This document shows positions 19,718-29,410 of a DNA stretch of 64,000 bases, piece after piece. The stretch spans positions 10,362 to 74,361 of the forward strand of contig NZBG01000034.1 of NCBI GenBank assembly GCA_002687795.1, in the 5' to 3' direction. Within the stretch, counting starts at the first letter, position 1. Each line of letters opens with the position of its first letter. Both the position numbers and the translations under genes were made by a program. The DNA is from Candidatus Woesearchaeota archaeon. GTDB lineage: Archaea; Nanobdellota; Nanobdellia; Woesearchaeales; GCA-2687795. The notes beneath the pieces were generated by a model. The model was not told the origin of the DNA. It saw only the letters and a program-made list of their open reading frames with translations, and made no database searches.

Positions 19718-21151
19718 CTATAGCCTAAACATCCTCAGCCCTGCCTTGACCTTTCTTTTAAGTTCAGGTATGGACCTTACATTCATAAGCTTTTTTATTA
19801 TATAGCCTGGCCTTGTATAAAAATTCTTATAAGCATACATCAGCAACTCCATTAGTTCATCTCTTGTAAGATTCTCTGTCCATAAAGGAGCCCTGAAATC
19901 TTTGGAAGGGTTCTCTGCAAACTCTTTCCATACATCAGTTTTTATAATCCCTTTCTCTAATGCCATCTTGTAAAGCTCTGTTTCAGGAAAGGGCGTGGTC
20001 ACTGAGAAAGATACAAAGTCTGGTTTAAGCTGTTTTGCAAAGTCAATGGTTTTAAGTATCTCTTCCCTCCCTTCACCCGGGGAGCCAATCATAAAGTAGG
20101 CAAGGGTTTCTATCTTTGCCTGCTTTGTCCATCTGAAAGCATCCTTTACCTGTTTTAAAGTAATGCCCTTCCCCAGATTATCCAATACTTTTTGGTCAGA
20201 TGCCTCAACACCATAATGGATTCTTTCACAGCCTGCCTTCCTTAGCTTCAGCAGCATTTCCTTGTCAACCGTGTTGACTCTTGCCCTGATGTCCCAGCCA
20301 ATGTCTAGTTTTCTCCTGCAGATTTCATCACAGATATCAATAACTCTCTGCCTGTCTATTGTAAATGTGTCATCATATATAAGAAATTCTTTAATGCCCA
20401 TGCCAACGCATTCTTCCATTTCATCAACAACATTTTTTGCTGACCTTGCCCTGAACATCTTCCCTAAATGCGGCCTGTCGCAGTAAGTACATTTGTAAGG
20501 GCAGCCTCTGGAGGTTATCATCGTTGTGACCGGGCTCCTTTTGGCCAGAAGCGAGGTATATTTCTGGTGGGGAGTAAGTTTTCTCGCCGGGAAGGGCAGC
20601 ATGTCAAGGTTTTCAATAAAATCCCTTGCTCCTGTGTTTACAGCGTTTCCGTTGCTGTCTTTGAACACAATGCCTTTTATTTCCCTTAGTTTATCCTGGC
20701 TGCTGGTGTTGTCAAGGCTGCCAATGTTATTAAGCAGATCAGTAAACGCATGCTCACCTTCCCCGAGGATAACATAATCCACGCAGGAAAGGTTTATTGT
20801 TTCATATGGAAAGATGTTTGCATGGGGCCCGCCAAGGATAACCTTTATTCCAGGATTTATCTTTTTAACAATCTCAGCGGTCTTAATAACATCCATCAAT
20901 GTAAATGTCATTGCCTGTATGCCCACTATATCAGGCATGAAGTCTTCTATCTTATTTCCTATATCCTTATAATCCATTTCCTCGACCTGGGAATCCAGAA
21001 TCTCAATATGGTGCTTGCTATGCTCTATGGCATAAGAGGATAAGTACAAAAGCCCTAAAGGGGGGTTATAGCCCCTCTCTTCGTCGAGAAACATAGGGCT
21101 GTCTGACATGATCATGTCCTCCATTGGCGGGTTTATTAACAATACTTTCAT
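19718..21151 (-). CDS. B12-binding radical SAM enzyme (class B)
   Basis: MKVLLINPP ... B12 domain; the cluster motif is TSRGCPYKCTYC. Confidence 0.8.
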   Translation of the reverse strand: MKVLLINPPMEDMIMSDSPMFLDEERGYNPPLGLLYLSSYAIEHSKHHIEILDSQVEEMDYKDIGNKIEDFMPDIVGIQAMTFTLMDVIKTAEIVKKINPGIKVILGGPHANIFPYETINLSCVDYVILGEGEHAFTDLLNNIGSLDNTSSQDKLREIKGIVFKDSNGNAVNTGARDFIENLDMLPFPARKLTPHQKYTSLLAKRSPVTTMITSRGCPYKCTYCDRPHLGKMFRARSAKNVVDEMEECVGMGIKEFLIYDDTFTIDRQRVIDICDEICRRKLDIGWDIRARVNTVDKEMLLKLRKAGCERIHYGVEASDQKVLDNLGKGITLKQVKDAFRWTKQAKIETLAYFMIGSPGEGREEILKTIDFAKQLKPDFVSFSVTTPFPETELYKMALEKGIIKTDVWKEFAENPSKDFRAPLWTENLTRDELMELLMYAYKNFYTRPGYIIKKLMNVRSIPELKRKVKAGLRMFRL

Positions 21152-21168
21152 TTTGGTTGTAGTGAATA

Positions 21169-22524
21169 TTAGTGCGTTTTTATTAGTTTTTGTTTTGAGT
21201 ACTCTGCAAGCTCTTTCATGGTAATGACCCAGGCACTTCTGTCGTTTCTTATATACTTAAGAAAATCATGGTAAGCCTTTAGATTTTTCCTGTTTCCTGA
21301 AAGGTGGGACTCAGGATGGGTGTTTATCACAGCAACTCCCCCAACTTTTTTGATAAACTCCAGCTTATTGGCCCATGTCTTTACCATCTTTTCCATGTTA
21401 TAAGACCTGAACAGCAGCCTTGCATCCTGCGGGAGGGTTAAGGGAATCTCAACAAGGCCGTCTATCATATAAGGAAAGACTGTGCAGCAGCCGTTCCTTT
21501 CTGATATCTGTGAATCCTTCTCGGTGTCTACAGAACTTGAATCATAAAGATAGCCATTCTTTTCAAGAAGGCTGTACAGCCTCTCGCTCCTTAACAGGCA
21601 TGGGCTTCTAAAACCTTTTATCTTTAGCTTTTCTTTCAGCCTTGCCATGCTGTTAAACCTCTTTTCGATTTTTTTATCATCAAGAGATATCAGTTTGTTG
21701 TCATGGTTATAGCCATGGAGCAGTATCTCATCACCTTTCTTGATAAGGCTGTCTAACAATCTAAAGTCAATCTTATAGTGATTGGAGACTATGCTCCATG
21801 AAGAAACAAGACTATATTTCCTCTCGATCTTCGAGATAAGAGGAATTCTCTTAAACCCTCCCCCCGTCTCAACATCATGGCTTAAGCAGATAACATACTT
21901 CTTATTTTTCGGCCAGATATCCAGTTTTATTTTTCTGCCTTCTATGGCCTCTATGCATTTCAGCAGCACATGCCTTAATAGTTCCACAGACTTTTCAACA
22001 GGCCAGGAAGGAAAATTCTTTTCTTTCCTGAACATAAACAGGATTTTCTTCATAAGCTTTCTTGAACTGCCGGGCAGAATATGGAAATGGACAGGCAGGT
22101 ATGTATACAGCCTTCTCTTTGGCCTGTAATACCTTTCTTTCATAAGGAATTTTATTGTTTCCACAGGGTCGAAATTGAATATTATCCTGTTCCCTTTCTT
22201 GACTATAAGAGGAATATCCTGGTTCCTTATTCTGGAATGAAGGAGAACCTCGCCTTTGGTTTCATTGCGGTATATCTTTGGAATAAAAACATGAATATGC
22301 TCTTTCTCTTTTACCCATTCAGGCCTTATTTTGGGGTTTAATATCAGCCTTGCTGTTGTATTTCTGTATAGGACTGTATTCTTATTAACAAAAACACCAT
22401 GCCCATTGCCTTCTCCAAGAGGCTTTACTTTCCTGTAATACCTTTCCCAAAAATCTTTGATTGCCATATTACTAAGCCCTGCTTTGAAAAACTCCGCTCT
22501 TTTTCTTTCTTCCCAGGACAACAC
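21169..22524 (-). CDS. Polysaccharide deacetylase (CE4/NodB-like) family protein
   Basis: Motifs LSHDVETGGG, HGYNHD and VINTHPESH. It is paralogous to 62032..63366. Confidence 0.45.
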   Translation of the reverse strand: MLSWEERKRAEFFKAGLSNMAIKDFWERYYRKVKPLGEGNGHGVFVNKNTVLYRNTTARLILNPKIRPEWVKEKEHIHVFIPKIYRNETKGEVLLHSRIRNQDIPLIVKKGNRIIFNFDPVETIKFLMKERYYRPKRRLYTYLPVHFHILPGSSRKLMKKILFMFRKEKNFPSWPVEKSVELLRHVLLKCIEAIEGRKIKLDIWPKNKKYVICLSHDVETGGGFKRIPLISKIERKYSLVSSWSIVSNHYKIDFRLLDSLIKKGDEILLHGYNHDNKLISLDDKKIEKRFNSMARLKEKLKIKGFRSPCLLRSERLYSLLEKNGYLYDSSSVDTEKDSQISERNGCCTVFPYMIDGLVEIPLTLPQDARLLFRSYNMEKMVKTWANKLEFIKKVGGVAVINTHPESHLSGNRKNLKAYHDFLKYIRNDRSAWVITMKELAEYSKQKLIKTH

Positions 22525-23917
22525 TGTTAAAGAAGGCTATACTGTTTCTGATGCCGGCTTTTAACCCTGCCCTTGTCAGATTATACCATATTCTCCTGGG
22601 AGTGAAGTAAAATATCAGGAACCCAAGCCTTTGGTAATTAATGATGTCCTTTCTCTTCAGGTTGTTTACTTCAATCACCGGCGTGCTGTACCTGATGTAC
22701 TTAGAATAATCCTCAGAAATCAGCTTTAAGCCATTCTCTCCTTTCTTTGCCATCTCATAAAGAGGAGTGCCGGGGTAGGGCACGTTAATATAGAGGTAAA
22801 GCTGGTCGCAGTTTTTTAGCCTTCTCATAAACCTTAAGGTTTTCATAACAGTTTTCTTGGTTTCCCCCGGATGGCCTATTATTGCTGATGCTCTTGTTTC
22901 CAGCCCTAAACCTTTTGATATCCTAAATGCGTCTTTTATCTGCTGGAAGCTTACTTCCTTGTTAATCTTTTTTAAGATCTCTTCATCTCCTGTCTCAACA
23001 CCATAAGAGACCCTGACAAGACCGGCTTTTTTCATTAAAGACAGTATATCCTTGTCAACACAGTCAACCCTTGTATGGCATTCCCATGTTATCCTTATGT
23101 TTCTCCTTATTATTTCATTGCAAAGCTCTGCCACCACCTTTTTGTTTGCTGTCATTGTAAGGTCCACAAAGTAAAAATGCTTTATGCCAAGAGCAGTGCA
23201 TTCTTCAATCTCATCGCAAACATTCTCCTTGCTTCTTACCCTGAAGGAAGGGAACAAGGCAGTCTCAGGGCAGTAAAGGCATTTAAAGGGGCAGCCTCTT
23301 GTGCTCATGATTGTTGAGATTCTTACAAGGCCTTTGCCCACCACGCTCATCCTGTACCTGTCCAGGTCAAGGAGCTTTCTGTTAGGAAAAGGCAGCTTAT
23401 CAAGATAATTGTTAATGGACCTTGGCTCAGTCTTAACAATTTCCCCAGCCTTGTTCTTGTAGATTATGCCTCTTATATCCCTTATTTCCTTATTCTGCTC
23501 TATAGCATTAACCAGCTCAGGGAATGTCTCTTCCCCTTCCCCTATAACGCCATAGTCAAAGATAGATGATTTGATAAAAGGGTCTCTGTTAAGCACTGTA
23601 ATATGCGGCCCTCCTATAGCCAGAACTGCATTGGATATGTTTTTTATATGCTGGGCAAGCCTGATTGTCTCATTTATCTGGGGCAGTGTGCATGTAAAGC
23701 CTATGAGCTGCGGGTTCCATGACTTTATAATATTGTCAAGCTCTTCCATTGAATCAATAGCTTCCGAGTCAATAATCTTTACTTCATGGCCATGTTTTTC
23801 AAGAGCTGAAGCAAGGTAACAGAGGCCAAGAGGCGGGTGTAATACAGCAACCTCTGCAGCTGCAACAAAGTTTCCATATACAGATTTCCATGTTGGGTTA
23901 ATAAGCAAAACTTTCAT
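22472..23917 (-). CDS. B12-binding radical SAM enzyme (class B)
   Basis: MKVLLINPTW ... B12 domain; the cluster motif is STRGCPFKCLYC. Confidence 0.8.
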   Translation of the reverse strand: MKVLLINPTWKSVYGNFVAAAEVAVLHPPLGLCYLASALEKHGHEVKIIDSEAIDSMEELDNIIKSWNPQLIGFTCTLPQINETIRLAQHIKNISNAVLAIGGPHITVLNRDPFIKSSIFDYGVIGEGEETFPELVNAIEQNKEIRDIRGIIYKNKAGEIVKTEPRSINNYLDKLPFPNRKLLDLDRYRMSVVGKGLVRISTIMSTRGCPFKCLYCPETALFPSFRVRSKENVCDEIEECTALGIKHFYFVDLTMTANKKVVAELCNEIIRRNIRITWECHTRVDCVDKDILSLMKKAGLVRVSYGVETGDEEILKKINKEVSFQQIKDAFRISKGLGLETRASAIIGHPGETKKTVMKTLRFMRRLKNCDQLYLYINVPYPGTPLYEMAKKGENGLKLISEDYSKYIRYSTPVIEVNNLKRKDIINYQRLGFLIFYFTPRRIWYNLTRAGLKAGIRNSIAFFNSVVLGRKKKSGVFQSRA

Positions 23918-24031
23918 TTTTAGCTGGTTATTTAGTAAAAAACCTCCTCTATAAAAATATTTATTACATAATAGTGACCATTCCAGATTCCTTTATAAAA
24001 CTTATTGTAATTTGTCAGAAAAAGGCTTGAT

Positions 24032-26374
24032 TTAGCCTGTAACCTGTCTTCTAGAACCATAAGCCAATAACAGAATTACCAAAACCAAGGTAACAGAAAA
24101 TATCACAAGCCCTTTCTTAAAAGAGCCAGGCTGGTATTTAAAGAGCAATTCACCTGATTCTCCTTCAAGGTACACTGCAGAGTTCATCCCATTAGCCCTA
24201 TAAATATTCCTTTCTTTATTATCTATCTCTGGCTCCCAGCCCTGGAACATATGGAATTTCTCTGAGAGCACTAACCAGCCAACCTCTTCATCAAGCTCCA
24301 TAATAATTTTATTGGGTGAATAATAGTTTATATCAATTTCTTTAACATCCCTGTAATCGCCTTTAAAAGAGCTTAGCAAAGAATCTATTCTCTCCTGGGA
24401 TATGGAATCTTCACCCTTGACTATGTTTGGCAGGATAATGCCTCCCGAGCTATCATACTGATTTAGTATAAAGAGCGAGCCCTGGTCTATAGACCCCTGG
24501 GTTAAAACAACAGCATTAAATCTTTTAAGGAAATCCAGTTCATAGTTATTCACCTTTTCATAAGCCATAACTATCACAGTGTTAGAAGGGTCAAAATTTT
24601 CATTTGCCATTAATGCATATGCTATCCCATCTACTGCATCCTTGCTGCCCAAAATCAAGATGCTGTGCTCAGCAAGATAAGCCCTTGGCAGATAAAGCTC
24701 ATTATAATACAGGTAAGGGCCATTAATGCCAAAGTCGGTGTTGCGGTCTTCGTATTTATTGCATAATTCAAAGTTATCAAATTTAGTTACAAACCTTAAC
24801 CCTGTAATGTTAACAGGTTCATTTGAGTAAAGGTATTTTGTGTTAAGCATGCCATAGAACTTTGCTGGGAAAGAGTGCGCTATCCCTAGGAAGGTATACA
24901 TCTCAGGAATCCATGTGCCAATCCCGCCGTAAAGCATCTGCAGGTCAAGCAAAGAAATCATGGCAGGGGCAACCCCTGCATGGCTTTTTGTTTTAATATT
25001 GCTTATCCTGAAAACTCCTTCTTCTTTGCTTAGGTTTTGCAGAAGGTAATTATTCTGGAGGCAGGAATTAAAGAACTGGCCTCTCTCAGAGTTTATCCTC
25101 CCGCCTTTTATATACCCTGAAACAAAAAACAGGTCAGCTATCACAATGGCAGCAACTAAGAGATATAGCAGATTAATATGTTTTTTGTTGAATCTTTTGC
25201 CTAACTTATTAAACATAACAGAGCAGCCAATGCCTATTAACACAGAGGTGGCAAAACAGTACAGGTACATGCTCCTGTCCAGGTGATGAAGCCTGTTGAA
25301 CATCGGTACAAATTTCCAGAAAAGATACCAGAAAGGTGTTGGAGCTGCAATAAGCAGGGTGAGGATAATAAGCAGAACAAGGCTCATAACAGTTCTCTTT
25401 TTCCAGAGAGATAAGGAGAACAAAAGCAGGAAGAATCCTGAGAATCCCAATTTAATAATATGGTTGTGCGGGATATTTCTTATGCTCCCTTCTATAGGAA
25501 CCAAGAGCGCCTGGAAAAAGTCAGGAAAGTCTTTGATATTATTTTCCAGGTTGGCGCCGTCAATGCTTCTTTCATAGCTAAAGACATCAACCTGTTTCTT
25601 GCTGCTTGCTTCATTATATTCCAAGAGAGGAAATAACTTAATAGAGAACAGCCCGAGAAACACAAATAATATTACTATGCTTACTAAAGCAACCTTGACT
25701 AATCTTTTAGAGATATTTTTTGTGAAAGTATATACAAAAAAAAACGATAAGAAAAGGAGAACCATAAACAATGAGAAGTCATAACCATTGCCGAGAAACT
25801 GTATAGACAGCAGTATCCCTGTTATAACAGCGTTCTTTAACCATTCTTTTTTTGTGACTGACCTCCATAAAAAGAGAAATATCAGGGGGGCCATGAAATA
25901 TACATGCATTGTTTCCGTGGGGTCGCCCATAGCCCTGACTGCAAAGGGCCCGAACATATAGAAAAGGGCTGAGATAAAAGCAAACCTTGACTTAATATTG
26001 AGGTTGAGCATAAGGATATACATGAACAGCCCGGAAACTAATATGCCAAGAAGCTGTGAGACATTAAATATGCCTATAGGAGAAGATACCAGCAAAGAAA
26101 CCAAAGATGCCATGGAAAAAATAGGAAAGGTTGGATGCGCAAAAAAGGGAAACCCTCCTTGGGAATGGGGATACCATAAAGGGAACTGATGATATTCAAG
26201 AACAGATTTTCTTACAAATGAAAGGGGGCCTACGCTGCCGCTTAAAGGGTCGCCTCTCCTGACATTTGTGAAGCTCAGGTAATCCCAGTATCTTGAACAA
26301 GTGAGAGCTATAAATATTAAGATTATAATTATATGTATCTTGTTCTTTACAAAAAAGTCTTTTATTTTTTTCAT
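24032..26374 (-). CDS. YfhO-like GT-C membrane glycosyltransferase (paralogue B)
   Basis: 780 aa with the same architecture as 15836..18175. The C-terminal WLVLSEKFHMFQGWEP...NSAVYLEGESGELLFKYQPGSFKKG stretch aligns with paralogue A. Confidence 0.5.
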   Translation of the reverse strand: MKKIKDFFVKNKIHIIIILIFIALTCSRYWDYLSFTNVRRGDPLSGSVGPLSFVRKSVLEYHQFPLWYPHSQGGFPFFAHPTFPIFSMASLVSLLVSSPIGIFNVSQLLGILVSGLFMYILMLNLNIKSRFAFISALFYMFGPFAVRAMGDPTETMHVYFMAPLIFLFLWRSVTKKEWLKNAVITGILLSIQFLGNGYDFSLFMVLLFLSFFFVYTFTKNISKRLVKVALVSIVILFVFLGLFSIKLFPLLEYNEASSKKQVDVFSYERSIDGANLENNIKDFPDFFQALLVPIEGSIRNIPHNHIIKLGFSGFFLLLFSLSLWKKRTVMSLVLLIILTLLIAAPTPFWYLFWKFVPMFNRLHHLDRSMYLYCFATSVLIGIGCSVMFNKLGKRFNKKHINLLYLLVAAIVIADLFFVSGYIKGGRINSERGQFFNSCLQNNYLLQNLSKEEGVFRISNIKTKSHAGVAPAMISLLDLQMLYGGIGTWIPEMYTFLGIAHSFPAKFYGMLNTKYLYSNEPVNITGLRFVTKFDNFELCNKYEDRNTDFGINGPYLYYNELYLPRAYLAEHSILILGSKDAVDGIAYALMANENFDPSNTVIVMAYEKVNNYELDFLKRFNAVVLTQGSIDQGSLFILNQYDSSGGIILPNIVKGEDSISQERIDSLLSSFKGDYRDVKEIDINYYSPNKIIMELDEEVGWLVLSEKFHMFQGWEPEIDNKERNIYRANGMNSAVYLEGESGELLFKYQPGSFKKGLVIFSVTLVLVILLLAYGSRRQVTG

Positions 26375-26411
26375 TCGCAGAGAGTATTTTCCTTAACTGT
26401 GAGAATAGTAC

Positions 26412-26433
26412 CTACGCAACTGGCGTTGCGTAG
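26412..26433. promoter_or_regulatory. GC-rich perfect hairpin/palindrome (9-bp arms CTACGCAAC/GTTGCGTAG, loop TGGC) in a divergent intergenic region
   Basis: The palindrome is directly visible. It sits in an unusually GC-rich patch of the 237-bp divergent promoter region, and a partial copy TTGCGTAG recurs at about 26508. Confidence 0.4.
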
Positions 26434-26611
26434 CTACATCCTCCCCATTATCGCAAATGAAGTATCGAGGGCCCACCCCTAACAATGGACATTTAAACAT
26501 GCTACTTGCGTAGATACTGGAGTATTAGATAATCATATAAATATTTGTTGATGAATTGACTGTCATACCACAAAAACATTAATAAATAACTGCTCAATCT
26601 ATTCACTAAGA

Positions 26612-27343
26612 ATGTATAAAGGGAAGAGAATAGCAATAGTGATTCCTGCATATAATGAGGAGAAGCTTATAAAGCCGACAGTGGAAGGAGTGCCTGATTA
26701 TATAGACAGCATAATCGTAATAGACGACGGCAGCAAGGACAGAACTGCAGAGGTTGTCATAGGCATCAGGGATGAAAGGATAAGGCTGATAAGGCACCAT
26801 AAAAATCTTGGGCTTGGCTCAGCAATCATAACAGGCTACAAGAACGCCTTGGAAAACGGCTTTGATGCTGCTGTTGTTGTAGGCGGTGATAACCAAATGG
26901 ACCTCAGCGAGCTGCCAAAGTTTCTCGAGCCTATTATCATGGACAATGCTGATTATGTCAAGGGCAACAGGTTTCTTAACAGGTCTTTCCTGAAGATGCC
27001 TCCTGCAAGGTTCATGGGCAATATACTTCTTTCCGCTATCGAGAAGCCAGCCACAGGCTATTGGAACATATTCGATATGCATGACGGCTATACTGTAATA
27101 AACAAAAAAGCCCTTAAGGCAGTTGACTGGGACAATGCATGGACAGGCTATGCATATAATGTTGACTTTCTTGCAAGGCTGAACATCCATAGAATGAAGG
27201 TCAAAGACATTCCAAGACAGGCTATCTATCTTAAAGGGGAGCGTCAGTCGCAGATAAAAACACTAAGGTATATGCTGATGGCAATACCTTTGATAATAAG
27301 GACCTGGGTATGGAGAATCGAAAAGAAATATCTTAAGGCCTGA
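26612..27343 (+). CDS. Glycosyltransferase family 2, Dol-P/polyprenyl-P sugar synthase-like (DPM1/GtrB-like), lacking the C-terminal TM helices
   Basis: KRIAIVIPAYNEEKLIKPTVEGV...IIVIDDGSKDRTAEV, a GT-A fold with a DxD motif. Confidence 0.7.
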   Translation: MYKGKRIAIVIPAYNEEKLIKPTVEGVPDYIDSIIVIDDGSKDRTAEVVIGIRDERIRLIRHHKNLGLGSAIITGYKNALENGFDAAVVVGGDNQMDLSELPKFLEPIIMDNADYVKGNRFLNRSFLKMPPARFMGNILLSAIEKPATGYWNIFDMHDGYTVINKKALKAVDWDNAWTGYAYNVDFLARLNIHRMKVKDIPRQAIYLKGERQSQIKTLRYMLMAIPLIIRTWVWRIEKKYLKA

Positions 27344-27350
27344 TACCTTC

Positions 27351-28304
27351 CTATTTGCCTTCCTGTTCAGCAACCCATTTCTTTGTAAGCTCCAGCCCCT
27401 TCTCAAATGAAAGCTTTGCTTTAAACCCCAATGCCTCAATCTTAGCTGTATCAGGGATAGGCTTCATATTCTCACCCGACCTTGCTTTCCCATAGATTGG
27501 CTTCATTGATTTATCTTCAGCATACTTATCTATAGCCATGCCTGCCAGCTCGTTTATGCTAACTCTTGCTTTTGAGGCAACATTGTAATCCTCGCCTATT
27601 GCTTTTTTTTCTTTTGCCAAGAGCAATGTTGCATCAACATCGTCAGCCACATAAGTAAAACATCTTATTTGGTTTCCTCCTGAGAAGATGACAGGCGGCT
27701 TTTTGTTAAGCACCCTTGACAGGAAAATGCTGACCACACCGGCTTCGCCGCTGTAATCCTGCCTTGGCCCGTATACATGGAAGTATCTTAACACTGAAAC
27801 CTTCAGCCCAAATTCCTTTGCAAAATGCATGCAATACTTCTCTCCCGCAAGCTTGCTAATGCCATAGATGGTACTGGGGTTCTTAGCATGGTTCTCCGGC
27901 ATTGGCTGCTCTGATGAGCCGAAAACAGAGCCTGTTGAGGCATGAACAATTCTTGCATCAGAATCCCTTGCTGCCTCAAGAACATTGAACGTGCCAACCA
28001 CGTTGGTCATCACATCTGTCCTGGGATCTTTAAGGGAAACCACCAGCTTCGAGGCTGCTTCATTAAACACAAAATCAGCGTTCTGGATAAGCTCTTTAAC
28101 AGTCTCCTGGTTTCTGATATCCCCTTCAACAACCTTAAGGCGCCCATCGTTCTCCAGATGTTCCAGGTTTTTCCTTGAGCCACCAACAAAATTATCAAGA
28201 ACAGTAACCTTCTCAGCCCCTTCTTCAAGTAGCCTGTCAACAAGATGCGAGCCTATAAACCCAGCTCCCCCTGTCACAACTGCTGCCTTGTTTCTGAAAA
28301 ACAT
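27351..28304 (-). CDS. NAD-dependent sugar epimerase/dehydratase (extended SDR)
   Basis: AAVVTGGAGFIGSHLVDRLLEEG and the YGISKLAGE (YxxxK) catalytic motif. Confidence 0.8.
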   Translation of the reverse strand: MFFRNKAAVVTGGAGFIGSHLVDRLLEEGAEKVTVLDNFVGGSRKNLEHLENDGRLKVVEGDIRNQETVKELIQNADFVFNEAASKLVVSLKDPRTDVMTNVVGTFNVLEAARDSDARIVHASTGSVFGSSEQPMPENHAKNPSTIYGISKLAGEKYCMHFAKEFGLKVSVLRYFHVYGPRQDYSGEAGVVSIFLSRVLNKKPPVIFSGGNQIRCFTYVADDVDATLLLAKEKKAIGEDYNVASKARVSINELAGMAIDKYAEDKSMKPIYGKARSGENMKPIPDTAKIEALGFKAKLSFEKGLELTKKWVAEQEGK

Positions 28305-28306
28305 TC

Positions 28307-29410
28307 TTAGCCCTTAAATTCTTTTATGGAATCAACTGTATATTTTATCTGTTCTTCTGTAAGCTCTGGGAACATCGGAAGCGAGACAATCTCCTTGGAA
28401 TATTCCTCAGTAACAGGAAAATCCCCTTCCTTGTGGTTCATATACTTATAAGCCGGCTGGAGATGGAGAGGAATCGGGTAATGGATGCCTGTGCTAATGC
28501 CTTTTGATTTAAGGAAGTCCATCAACCTGTCTCTTTCCTTAACCCTTATAACATAAAGATGGTAAACATGCTTGGCCTTGCTGTGCTCAACCTGAGCAAC
28601 AACGTCGGTGCCTTTTAGCAGTTCGCTATAAAGCCTGGCATTCTTTCTTCTCATCTCTGTCCATTCCTCAAGATGCCTTAACTTAACATTAAGCACTGCT
28701 GCCTGTATGCCATCCATCCTTGAGTTAAACCCTTCCACGAGATGCTCATATTTGCTGATCCTTCCATGGTCGCGCAACAACCTTATCTTCTCTGCTATCT
28801 CATCATTGTCTGTTACCACAGCTCCTGCATCGCCATAAGCTCCAAGGTTTTTCCCTGGATAAAAGCTGAACGCTGCAGCATCTCCATAAAACCCTGGTTT
28901 CTTGTTATTAAACGCTGCATTATGCGCCTGGCATGCATCCTCTAATATCATCAGGTTATGCTTATCAGCAATTTCTTTTATAACATCCATCTCAGCCATC
29001 TGGCCGTAAAGATGCACAGGGATTATCACTTTTGTCTGGGGTGTTATAGCCTTCTCCAAAAGCTCAGTATCTATCTCATAGGTGTCTTTGTTAATATCAA
29101 CAAATTTTACTTTGGCATTAGCTCTTGTTATTGTCTCTGTTGTTGCAATAAAAGTATTTGAAACTGTTATAACCTCATCCCCTGCCTTGACGCCCATCGC
29201 CTTCAAAACAAAGAACAGGGCATCTGTGCCTGTGTTGACGCCTATAGCATGCTTTGCCTCATTAGAGCTAGCAAAGTTCTTTTCAAACTCATCAATCTTA
29301 GGGCAGCCTACAAATGCGGTATTGCTGATAATGTCTTTCACAGCTTCATCAATTTCTCCCATGATTGCTTCGTACTGTATTTTTAGATCTACAAATGGAA
29401 TGTTCATCAA
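28307..29410 (-). CDS. DegT/DnrJ/EryC1/StrS-family PLP-dependent sugar aminotransferase (WbpE/PglE-like)
   Basis: The N-terminus IPFVDLKIQYEAIMGEIDEAVKDI is classic for this family. It overlaps its neighbours by 4 bp. Confidence 0.85.
   Translation of the reverse strand: MMNIPFVDLKIQYEAIMGEIDEAVKDIISNTAFVGCPKIDEFEKNFASSNEAKHAIGVNTGTDALFFVLKAMGVKAGDEVITVSNTFIATTETITRANAKVKFVDINKDTYEIDTELLEKAITPQTKVIIPVHLYGQMAEMDVIKEIADKHNLMILEDACQAHNAAFNNKKPGFYGDAAAFSFYPGKNLGAYGDAGAVVTDNDEIAEKIRLLRDHGRISKYEHLVEGFNSRMDGIQAAVLNVKLRHLEEWTEMRRKNARLYSELLKGTDVVAQVEHSKAKHVYHLYVIRVKERDRLMDFLKSKGISTGIHYPIPLHLQPAYKYMNHKEGDFPVTEEYSKEIVSLPMFPELTEEQIKYTVDSIKEFKG

Noticed and set aside
18251-23917. Interpreting the B12-radical SAM genes as GDGT lipid ring or tetraether synthases
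   Set aside because: I did not reject this outright, but it is disfavoured because every copy is embedded among glycosyltransferase and sugar-tailoring genes rather than lipid biosynthesis genes. Phylogeny is needed to settle it.
26400-26540. A possible tRNA or small RNA in the GC-rich intergenic patch
   Set aside because: No cloverleaf could be built by eye, and there is no T-loop GTTCRANYC or acceptor pairing. It is kept only as a palindrome and regulatory candidate.
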